Of a DNA stretch of 64,000 nucleotides, positions 54,267 to 64,000 are shown in pieces. Position numbers and translations under genes: made by a program. The stretch lies in assembly GCA_020184695.1 (NCBI GenBank), contig JAANOX010000218.1:270610-334609 (forward strand), read 5' to 3'. The notes below the pieces were generated by a model, which saw only the letters and a program-made list of their open reading frames with translations, ran no database searches and had not been told where the DNA came from. The number at the start of each line of letters is the position of its first letter. The stretch's first letter is position 1. Source of the DNA: Histomonas meleagridis 2922-C6/04-290x (taxonomy: Eukaryota; Protista; Parabasalia).

Positions 54267-54728
54267 TTAGAAAGGTAATCGATAGAGAAAAACAGGCCCA
54301 TACCTAACCATCCAAACATGAAAATAAGAGGCACCTTTTTCAACAAATGGTTTGATAAAATCATCAGTTTTGCAAGGATGAATAAAGAAAACAGGCTTTC
54401 CAGTTATCTGATGCTCCCTTTCTGATATTGCGCCTAAATCCAATTTTTCTGGAATAATTTCTAATAATTCATCATGAGTTAACTGATGACCAATTTCGTT
54501 ATAAAAAGTAGCACTCAATACAGGCACTTTAAATACTTGGTCCAAATTTATATAATAATTTGCAAATATTTGATTTTCATTTTTATCAATTGCAACAGGT
54601 CTTCTCATATTTACAGCGTAATATTCGTTTTGATCGTTTTTTAATTCCCATCCATCTAATTGGTATTTTTTGACGAATTCACCCAAAAGAAGGTTAAATT
54701 CTTCAACTCTCATTATTTCACTCAACAT
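54267..54728 (-). CDS. ATG10: Atg10/Atg3-like E2 autophagy conjugating enzyme
   Basis: YYINLDQVFKVPVL and EHQITGKPVFFIHPCKT (catalytic HPC). Start re-assigned to 54728, just downstream of an Inr-like TCACT. Confidence 0.72.
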   Translation of the reverse strand: MLSEIMRVEEFNLLLGEFVKKYQLDGWELKNDQNEYYAVNMRRPVAIDKNENQIFANYYINLDQVFKVPVLSATFYNEIGHQLTHDELLEIIPEKLDLGAISEREHQITGKPVFFIHPCKTDDFIKPFVEKGASYFHVWMVRYGPVFLYRLPF

Positions 54729-54774
54729 GTCATAAAAGTGACAAAACGATGGAAATCGTTGATAAACTTTTGAT

Positions 54775-55878
54775 TTAGTCAAAGTCATCAAATAAAGGTG
54801 GCGTCACACCTGATGGGTAGTCATCATAATTGGACTTGGGCTGCTCGACTTGCTCCTCAGGTTCTTCATGAACTGGTTCTGCTTGTGGCTCTTCATAATT
54901 ATATTGATAATAGTTATTCTGCTCATTATCTTCCTCTTGAACTTGCTTTCCATCTTCATAATAGTATTCTTCTTGAACTGCTGGCTCATCTTTGATGGAT
55001 TCCTCTTCTTGAGGCTCTGGAGTTGGTTCAGGAATCTCAATTGGATCTTTAATCTCAGTTGGAATTTCAACTGGTTTTGGTGGTGGAGCAACTTCAGAAA
55101 GTGGCTTTTCAATAACTTCTTCAACAGCTTTAGCTGTTCCAGCATCATTAACTTTCAAATTATTGAGAAGATCTCGAAGCTCAACAAGCATACGGATTTC
55201 CTTTTGTGCTGCGTCTCTAAGAGCATTGCTATATCGTGTGAAACCTTCCCTAGTTCTTCTGACCTTGAATTTATTGTATAAATGTTTTGTATTTGCTAAT
55301 TGAACAACTTTCCTTTTGATACGCCTTAATGCATCAGTCTTTCCCTTCTTTGCATCTTCAAGTTGTTGTTCGAACTTCACACGATTCTTTTCATAATTCG
55401 GTTTCTTTGATTCCACTTCGATTTTCTTATGCGCAGCCTCAAGGCTTTTGTTTGCATCAATGTATTGCTCCTTACGTATGATGTATTCTTCGTTTACACG
55501 ATAAACAACTGAAAATCTTTCAATGATATCTCTGAAATCTTCAGAAGCTCTTTCTTCTTCATCAGCTAACTTATAGTGAATTTCAGCTATGTTATTGAAA
55601 ATTTGTCTCATTTCCTCGAACTTTGGCTTGAGTTCAGGGATTTGAGAAATCAACATTGCACAAGCAGTTGATCCGATATTAGACCATGACTTTGCATATG
55701 CTCTTCTTCCTTCAACAGATAATACTAAGCCGGAATAAACAGCTGATGCCTCTTGGCATATTTGCTTTTTTTTGTTGGTGAAGATATTCATTTGAAATGT
55801 CACTTCAAACCAATTAAAACCGCCAAAGCCACACACCAAAGCATACAAAAAGTGGGATTCGTTCAAAAAGTCATCCAT
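54775..55878 (-). CDS. BAR/sorting-nexin-like coiled-coil protein with an acidic Pro/Glu/Tyr-rich tail
   Basis: Helical body (ERASEDFRDIIERFSVVYR...) and low-complexity tail ending PPLFDDFD; true start may be MNIFTNKKK. Confidence 0.6.
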   Translation of the reverse strand: MDDFLNESHFLYALVCGFGGFNWFEVTFQMNIFTNKKKQICQEASAVYSGLVLSVEGRRAYAKSWSNIGSTACAMLISQIPELKPKFEEMRQIFNNIAEIHYKLADEEERASEDFRDIIERFSVVYRVNEEYIIRKEQYIDANKSLEAAHKKIEVESKKPNYEKNRVKFEQQLEDAKKGKTDALRRIKRKVVQLANTKHLYNKFKVRRTREGFTRYSNALRDAAQKEIRMLVELRDLLNNLKVNDAGTAKAVEEVIEKPLSEVAPPPKPVEIPTEIKDPIEIPEPTPEPQEEESIKDEPAVQEEYYYEDGKQVQEEDNEQNNYYQYNYEEPQAEPVHEEPEEQVEQPKSNYDDYPSGVTPPLFDDFD

Positions 55879-56120
55879 CGTTTTCGTGAAAATTTCACCG
55901 TAATCATAATCGGTGTTTAAAATATTTTGGAGATAACATCTATAAAATATGCATAAAAAACTTACGCCATAAAATTTTTATTCTAATTACAATGTAAGAT
56001 TATCCATTGATGAGTTTGAAAAGTTGATGATTGATCTACCGATCGAAATGTCTGACACTTTTAATTTACACAAAAAGTGTTACAAGGCATTCCAAACAAA
56101 GTTTCGGAATTTTCAAATAA

Positions 56121-56139
56121 ACCGTTTTGGCCTTCCTTT
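56121..56139 (+). promoter_or_regulatory. M3 (ACCGTT) plus M5 (CCTTT) core promoter of RPL14
   Basis: ACCGTTTTGGCCTTCCTTTCGGATG immediately before the ATG at 56143. Confidence 0.75.
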
Positions 56140-56142
56140 CGG

Positions 56143-56535
56143 ATGCCTTATACACAATTTGTTGAATTTGGTCGCGTTGCTCTTGTTTCTTATGGACCAC
56201 TTGCTGACAAACTTGCTGTCATAGTTGATATCGTTGACGACAAACGCGTTATGATCGATGTTATTGGATCCAACGAACCACGTCAAATGATCCCTATCAA
56301 ACGCCTCAAACTCACAGACATCGTAGTCAAAATCGAACGTGCTGCTAAGAAGGAAGCTGTTGCTGCTGCTGTTAAGGATGCTGATGCAGTTGCTAAGTTT
56401 GAAGAAACAAAATGGGGAAAGAACCTTAAGGCCGCTGCTGCCAAGTCTCAGATGAATGATTTCCAACGTTTCAAGCACGCAAAGCTTGCAGCCAAACGCG
56501 CTCAACTCGTCAAGGAACAACTTGCAAAGAACTAA
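56143..56535 (+). CDS. RPL14: 60S ribosomal protein L14 (eL14)
   Basis: FVEFGRVALVSYGP..KLAVIVDIVDDKRVMID...MNDFQRFK. Confidence 0.96.
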   Translation: MPYTQFVEFGRVALVSYGPLADKLAVIVDIVDDKRVMIDVIGSNEPRQMIPIKRLKLTDIVVKIERAAKKEAVAAAVKDADAVAKFEETKWGKNLKAAAAKSQMNDFQRFKHAKLAAKRAQLVKEQLAKN

Positions 56536-56833
56536 ATCAACATTTTTCCCTTTCAAATTCTTTTTCTTCTTTTTGTTCAATGAAGTAAACCACATTTATC
56601 ATAAAATGCCATTGTTGGAAATGGAATTCCAATACACAAAATTTTGCATATTGCTAAAAAATATTTTTTCGTTTTGATTAAAATAAGATTATATGGCAAA
56701 GCAACATTTGTGTATTGTTCTTATTTATTATTTTAATTTTCTTTTAACTTATTAATATTTTTACAATTTTATGACAACAAATTTACAAATGAATACATTA
56801 AAATCTTTATCATTTATTATATAAAAACATATG

Positions 56834-58114
56834 TTAAAGTTGGTATTTTTGTGTTACTTTTGTTGATATGAAAAACAAAAGAATCCCAACAACTTCCAAT
56901 AAAGAGATATATTTGACGTATGTAACCCACTTTGGTTGTGCCTCTTCTTCGATTTTCTCTACAAACTCTTTATCTTCGCTCATTCCATCATTGAGTAAAT
57001 CATTAAGTTTTCCAATTTTCCGTTCAGATTTCTCCATCATTTCATAAATCGAATGATTGAATATGTACAGTAAAGCATTTGTTTGATTCATTGCTTTTCC
57101 CATCATTTGTTTTGCATTTTGAACACTTTCCACGATTTTGAAAGTTCTTCGATGCCAATTCTGTACATATGGAACAAGTGTTCTATCAACAAAAGAGTTA
57201 AGTTCACCATATGTTGCTATTTCGCAAATGGCTTTCCCAAACTCGTCAACAACATCGAGTACGTTTATTATTTCCTTATCGTTTTCACTTTTGATGCGAA
57301 ACGAATCGATTTCGCGATTCATAATCGAAAAAGAAGGATTCCTCAAATTCGATTTCTTTTGAGGATTCACACGCGGATCTTGACCTTCAGCACGCTTTTG
57401 TTTGCTTAAGAAATGCTGGTTAATATATTCATTGGTATCGAACTTAGCGTAAAGAAGATCAATTTTTGATGTAAATTCATCGGACATTCCTGTTATGCCT
57501 AACCAGGCTTTGGAAAGATCAACTGTAAGGGTTTTATTTATAAGAAGAATTGGATTGTTGGAGTCAGTGTAATTATATACACATATTGTTGATGAAATAT
57601 GAAGACGAAGAACAAATGGTTCTTTGGAGAGATAAATAGTTGAATCTGAGTCACTGTTTTGATTAATGGTATTGTGTGAAATTGTTCCATCGGATTGAAA
57701 AATAGATAATTTTAACATTAATTTGTTTTCTTGATTGACAGGGGAAACAACACCAATACAAGCTGCACCACGAAACTTTTCTGGTCCTCCATATAAAGGT
57801 CCTGAAGCACCATGTTGTTCAATAAACCAAATCCCAAAACCACCGCCACCTGTTCCTTCGTCAATTCTTAATTTAAAATCAATACTAAATTCTCCATATG
57901 GTGTTGGTAATGTGTTCCAGATTGATCCTTTGTGATACTGTATTGGTGGTGATAAAATAATGTGATCTTCTTCAACAATTGCAGCACCACCAATATCCCA
58001 ATATCCAATTCGATTTTTACTATTTGGGTAAAACGGAGGTGTTAGATCTGGTGTGATAGAGTTACAGAATATTTGGAACAACCCAAAAAACATCATTTGA
58101 AATTTAGCCGTCAT
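56834..58114 (-). CDS. L-type (legume-like) lectin membrane protein, ERGIC-53/VIP36-like
   Basis: Signal peptide; WDIGGAAIV..LSPPIQYHKGSIW, GGGFGIWF, LGITGMSDE; coiled coil; C-terminal TM. Confidence 0.85.
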   Translation of the reverse strand: MTAKFQMMFFGLFQIFCNSITPDLTPPFYPNSKNRIGYWDIGGAAIVEEDHIILSPPIQYHKGSIWNTLPTPYGEFSIDFKLRIDEGTGGGGFGIWFIEQHGASGPLYGGPEKFRGAACIGVVSPVNQENKLMLKLSIFQSDGTISHNTINQNSDSDSTIYLSKEPFVLRLHISSTICVYNYTDSNNPILLINKTLTVDLSKAWLGITGMSDEFTSKIDLLYAKFDTNEYINQHFLSKQKRAEGQDPRVNPQKKSNLRNPSFSIMNREIDSFRIKSENDKEIINVLDVVDEFGKAICEIATYGELNSFVDRTLVPYVQNWHRRTFKIVESVQNAKQMMGKAMNQTNALLYIFNHSIYEMMEKSERKIGKLNDLLNDGMSEDKEFVEKIEEEAQPKWVTYVKYISLLEVVGILLFFISTKVTQKYQL

Positions 58115-59651
58115 TTTTGATCGGCTTCTATTTTGTAATAAATTTATATTAAATTGACTTTCGATTTCAGCAATTCGTATATAGCGGTCATCCTACAATC
58201 TCGATATTATGAATATATAATATATATACATAGTTACATCTATAATTAATAAAAAACTAAGAATTATATCTTGATTAGCACGAGATAAATTTATTCTTTC
58301 ATTTTAAAAAGTGACAAAACCGACTTTTGCATGGTTTATATTGAACGATAGAAGTGACGATAGGAGCGAATTTGAATGGTGGTTACATGTTATCAAAATT
58401 TTACTTTTTCCTCGTAAAGATACGTTATATATTTGTTTCTATCATTGTGATTTGTAAACAACCGAATTAAATGATTTCTGGATTGTTAAGAAATAAAAAT
58501 ATTGGAATTTTATCATAGAATCGTGATTTGTTACAAATTTTAAATTATTATATGATTTGATTTTCTTGAATTTATGAATTTAATGTATAAAATGAATGAT
58601 ATGATAATTATAGTGATACCTTAATGATGTACTTATTTAACCTGATTAATGATTTATAAAAAATAAAATAGTTTCTGTGTAAGTACATATTATTGAAATA
58701 TCTTGGGTCAAACGATACATTTTTTTCTGATGAAATAGATTCTCAATCATTGATTTTTTTTTCTTAATTTTTGTATTTTAGCAAAATCTTCAATTTTATT
58801 GAATAAATATCTATACAAATACAATTTGCAAATTATTTTTAAGATAATGTCTTGAGATACATTCATCAATTCATTTTATCTCATGTGCTTTCAAATTTCA
58901 AATATATTACATTTTTAAACTTATTTGACATTCTATGTAGTGATGCTAATTTCTTTGTTTCTCCGAACATGAGTCAATACCACAGTTTCTAGCTAGCTTT
59001 GTTCAATAATTGTTTTTAAGAACGATACGAGCTGATTGAGTGATATTTATTTGTCCACTCAGGTGTGTCAAATTTGACTTCGAACCGTTCGAGCATGTAA
59101 AATGATTGAGAAAAAATTCATATATTTTTCACCTAGGATTTATTTTTTGCAGAAGGCAAAAATTAAATCCAAGCTTCGATAAATGATGAGGTTTGCTTTT
59201 ATATCTATTTTAATTTTTAGATTCTTCTTCATTATATTTTGGCATTTGTTAAATTTTATATATTCTTATTATAAAAAAAACAATATCATTTAATTTCGAC
59301 ATATAAAATCGAAGAAATATAAAATAAGTCTTATAAACTATTATAAAATTATAATATCATATTTATACTTTATGTTTTATGAATAGCTTTTATAAAAAAT
59401 TTCATATGGATATTATATATTATCTTTTATTTTGGATCATTTTGAAAAGTTTAAAAATCAATTCAAGTACTATTGTACTTCGGGAATACTTGTATATTTA
59501 TATTCTCTGAGTTCTATATAATAATGCTATAATAAAGAGTATTAATACTCTTTATAAAGATCTCTTGTAGAGTTATTATATAGAAGATACAAAAGAATAT
59601 ATTCTCAGACTAAATACTTTTTTATTAAATGTTTTTAATATTTAAAAACTT

Positions 59652-62600
59652 TTATTTATAAGCATCATGAGACATTAGAGGATTACTTGATAATGATTTT
59701 ATATCAATTATGTTTCTATGTCTTCTAACAACCACAATCAAAATTGCAACAATTACACACGCAGCAAAAATAGAACAAATTACAGTAACAATAATTACAG
59801 TGATATTATTTTTTCTTGTAATAACTTTATCATCTGGACAACCATCAGCAATTTCACCCCTTAAAACATTCAAAAAAGAAAAACTTCCGAAGTCTACGTA
59901 ATTATTTGGAACCATAACAATGTCAGTTCCTACATTTAGAAATGCATCCCATTCAACATTAGGTTCATTAACACCATGAAAATATAAACATTTCATATTA
60001 ATACAATTACGAAATGCAGAACTTTTAATTGTTTTTATATTTTCGCCCAATGTTAAAGTGAAAAGACTTTGAGATGAATAAAACGCAAATTCTCCAATAA
60101 TTTGAACTGTTTCAGGTGTAATAAATGCATTATTTTCAGATCCTGTTGTATATAATAATAATTTTGTAATATCTTTATTATAAAGAATTCCATCATTTTG
60201 ATAATTAGAAAATTTATTATTATTTTGAGATACATTTATATATTTAATATTTGAACACCGTAAAAATGAATAATCATAAATACGAATTACACCTTTTGGA
60301 ATAGAAATAGTTTCAAGTTGAGCACAGTAACTAAATGCATAAGGAAATATTAGAGAAACTGATTCAGGAATTATAATATTTCTTAATGATTCGCATGAAT
60401 CAAAGGAAAATTCATTAATTCGTGTTAAACTTTCGCTGAGTTTAATTGATTCTAATTTGGCACAATATTGAAATGAATTTTTTCCAATTGTTATAACTGA
60501 ATTAGGAATAACAATATCTTTTAGAGAACGACAATTATGAAATGTATAATCATTAATTATTCGCAGATTATTATCTAATATAATTGTTGTTAAATACGAA
60601 GAATTAGAAAAAGATTTAATTGAAATTATAGAATTTGGAACTTCAAATTTTTCTTTTGTGTTTGAAGGTGGATAATAAAGAATTTGTGTAATGTTTTTGT
60701 TATAAAGAATTCCATCATTATCATTGTTAGAATAAAATTTGTTCTCTTTTTGAAACATTAAAAATTGAAGTTTTAAACATTCATCAAAATACTGATTCAC
60801 CAATTAAAGTAACTGATTCAGGAATGTTAACATTAACTAATGAAATACAATTATAAAATGCAAAAATCATCAATTTGGGTAATGTTATCATTCATAATAA
60901 TTGTTTCTAAATTATAACAATATGAAAAATGCTGAAATACCAATTGACGTTACTAAATTTGGGATTTCGATTTTTGTTAATGAGATACAATAATTAAATG
61001 TATTTTCGTCTATTTTATCAATGTTTTCACTTAAAATAATTGTTTCTAATTTGATACAATGCAAAAATAATGATTGACCAATTGATGTTACTGAATGAGG
61101 AATTTGTATATTTGTTAATGAAGTACAATTCCTAAAAGCATGATTTCCGATTGTTTTAACATTCTCACCAATAATAATCACTTTCAAATTTGTGCATTGA
61201 TAAAATACATAATCATTAATATTAATTATAGAATTTGGAATTTCAAATTTTTCTTTTGTGTTTGAAGGTGGATAATAAAGAATTTGTGTAATGTTTTTGT
61301 TATAAAGAATTCCATCATTATCATTGTTAGAATAAAATTTGTTCTCTTTTGATACATTAATAAATTGAAGTTTTAAACATTCATCAAATACTGATTCACC
61401 AATTAAAGTAACTGATTCAGGAATGTTAACATTAACTAATGAATCACAAAAAGAAAACGCAAAATCATTAATTACAGTAACTGAATTAGGAATTGTAATA
61501 TTAGTTAATGAATTACAAAAAGAAAATGCAGCTTCTTTAATTATATTAACATTTTCTCCAAAAATAACATCTGTTAAATTAGAATTACAACTAAATGTAT
61601 ATTCATTAATTGTGGTAACTAAATTAGGAATTCTAATTTTAGATAATGATCTGCAAGTAGAAAATGCAAAATTTTCAATTATTTTAACATTTTCTCCAAA
61701 AATAACTTCTGTTAAATTAGGGTTATATCCGAATGCATAATAACCAATATAAGTTACAAAATTCGGAATTATAATTTTATTAAAAAAACATTTAAAAAAT
61801 GAAAAATTACCAATTGAAGTAACTGTATTAGGAAATTCATAAGTTTCTTTTTTATTTCGTTTTGGATAATATCCGATTTGAGTTATTTCTTTATTATAAA
61901 GAATTCCATCATTTTGATAATTCGAATAAAATTTATTTTCAATTGAAACTTTAATATTTTCAAGACTATAACAAGAAAATGCATTGTTTTCAATTAATTT
62001 AACTGATTTGGGTATTATGACTTCAGTTAAATTACAATTTGAAAATGCTTCTTCACAAATGGTTTCAACATTTTCCCCAATGGTTAAAGATTCTAATGAA
62101 TGACAATCATAAAATGAATAAGATCCAATCTCTGTAACAGTGTTTGAAATTACAACTGTTTTTAAGTGATAACATGAATTAAATGATGAATCACCAATTG
62201 TCTTCAATCCATCATTAAATATAAGTGAATAGTGACTACAATAGCCAAAAGAAAAAAATCCAATCGATTTTAATGATTTTGGAAATTTGAAATTTTCTGT
62301 GTCAATACCAACACCAAAAAATGCATAATCTCCAATTGTTTCAACATTATCACTCATGGTAATTGAGGTCAATGGACAAGAATAAAACAATTCATTTTCA
62401 ATTTTTGTTATTGAATTTGGTAAAACAATGATATCAATATTACATTCTCGAAATGCTGAAGAACCAATAGATGTCACTGAACTTGGAATCGTTACAATTG
62501 ATAGAGAAGTACATTCTCGAAATGCTGAAGAACCAATAGATGTTACACGAATTTGGAATTGTGATATTTAATAGAGAAGTACATTTTTGAAATGTTGAAA

Positions 62601-62893
62601 TACCTATGGATTTTACAGAATTTGAAAGTGTAATCATTGATAACTCGTTACATGAATAAAGGAGAAATCTGAAATGGTAACAACTGAATTTGAAATTATT
62701 ACAGAAATTAACGCAGGCCAATTTCTAAATGCTGAATTCTCAATTAGATTGACATCATCCACAAAATTAATAAATTCTGTTTTGTCTTGATATTGTTTGT
62801 ATGTTCCTTGTGAAATATCAGCTGCATTGACAACTAGCGTGTTGTTTCTTCTATGAAAATTTGAGATGAATGAATAATGAACAAAATAAGCAT
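59652..62893 (-). pseudogene. BspA LRR gene broken into at least 4 ORFs by single-base indels
   Basis: Signal-like MLILFIIHSSQIFIEE (ATG 62893) is out of frame with the body; further shifts near 62640-62440, 60910 and 60788; intact TM VIIVTVICSIFAACVIVAILIVVV. Confidence 0.8.
60624..61443. repeat. ~220-bp internal direct duplication (60624-60844 and 61224-61443)
   Basis: Near-identical blocks 600 bp apart encoding VNVNIPESVTLIGESVFDECLKLQF...YYPPSNTKEKFE. Confidence 0.92.
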
Positions 62894-63615
62894 TAAAATT
62901 CAAAATTCTCAAATGAAAATTTGTAATGATAAATACATTCAATTTTGTGTCGGCAGTTATTTCATCGGGATTGACGATTAAAATACATATAAAAAGTCTA
63001 ATGTTCCCATTAAATTTGCTACAGGAATACTAATATGTAAAGGCCTTGAAACAAAATTCACTTTCAGTGCTTGCCGATGCCCATTTATCAAACTATCCAA
63101 TAAGCGCGAACCGAATGTTATTGATATTTTTTTTTATATATTTTTAACATTTTTACACTCATTTTTTTATTCAGATGGGGCCCTTTAATCGTTTTCTATT
63201 CAAATCCGATTTTCACCCTCACTATGATTTTTTTGTTTCAAAATTCGTATTTTTGTGTTTTTTACATTTCATCTATTAATAATTTAATGTTTTACTTACC
63301 CACTTTTTCCCTATATCATGTCAACCTGCGAATTCATCCATATACTAATATGATTACCTGTTTTTTCGTTTTTTTATTTATTTATTTATTTTCTCTCTTT
63401 TCTCTACTCTTAATTTTTTTCTTTTTTCATTCTTTTATTAAGATAAAATTTTCTTTTATTTATTAATTTTTATCTTATTATTTAATAGTAATTCATTTTT
63501 TATAAATTAGATATTTTGAATATTCACTAAAAATCATTCGCTTTTAACTTTATAAGATTATGAAACAAAAGTATTTGAATTCTTTTCAATTTGTATAGTC
63601 TATATATTCTTAATA

Positions 63616-63618
<3 letters not shown>

Positions 63619-63650
<32 letters not shown>
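63619..63650. repeat. (TA)16 microsatellite
   Basis: Directly visible. Confidence 0.97.
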
Positions 63651-63655
<5 letters not shown>

Positions 63656-64000
63656 CCTATTATCATATGCGTAAACCAATTTTATATGAAGATATATCAA
63701 TTTTATTTTTAAGTGTAGTAATACCCACTTGTTCAGAAAGAGAATTCTCAAAATTAATGAGTTTGTTGTGCTTATAATTCATTAAAAATCTTCATCTATT
63801 GCAACAACCTCATCAAGCACGCAATAGGGAAAGGGTTGATAATCCTTAAATAAAAAAAAGTGTGCAAGATTAGAATTGTAGAATTTTTTTTCATAAATTC
63901 TAACTTATTATTACTATTAAAAAAAATGTGGAATTTTGTTTACTTATATCAAAAGAACTCATATGACCATTTTTGGAAAAATTATTGTTTATGGCCGTAG

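Noticed and set aside
63705-63735. U2 snRNA-like GTGTAGTA
   Set aside because: Flanks do not match the U2 context (TCAAG before, TCTGTTC after) and no stem-loops are evident.
63224-63751. Short ORFs at the right end
   Set aside because: Low-complexity F/I/Y-rich translations of AT-rich intergenic DNA and a TA microsatellite.

Overview
AT-rich eukaryotic genomic DNA in the standard code, almost certainly a parabasalid (Trichomonas/Tritrichomonas/Histomonas-like). Support: BspA LRR surface proteins, DUF3447-type ankyrin genes, M3/M5 core-promoter motifs at ribosomal protein genes, very short intergenic spacers and one GTATGT...CTAACCACAG intron. Intact housekeeping genes (BTB protein, 2-PGK/LPA1-like P-loop NTPase, VPS29, YEATS, Furry/MOR2, UGGT-like, ELMOD, LRR-PP2C, BET bromodomain, TMEM33-like, MATE, RPL9, ATG10-like, RPL14, L-type lectin) alternate with accessory islands: BspA genes and relics, ankyrin genes, a 2.1-kb TIR transposon derivative, an AGC kinase pseudogene and a bacterial-looking C39 peptidase fusion. 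The most striking unexplained structure recurs at five loci. Ankyrin repeats are encoded as stop-free ~96-nt modules, each separated at the same beta-hairpin position by a conserved ~74-nt AT-rich, frame-breaking spacer that has no usable AG acceptor. The largest array has 10 modules at a 170-bp period (21287-23031). This suggests non-canonical introns, ribosomal bypass or a cassette diversification system; the mechanism is inference. Many ORF-track starts are GTG/TTG and were re-assigned to ATG by eye. All protein family calls are from motif recognition, not database searches.
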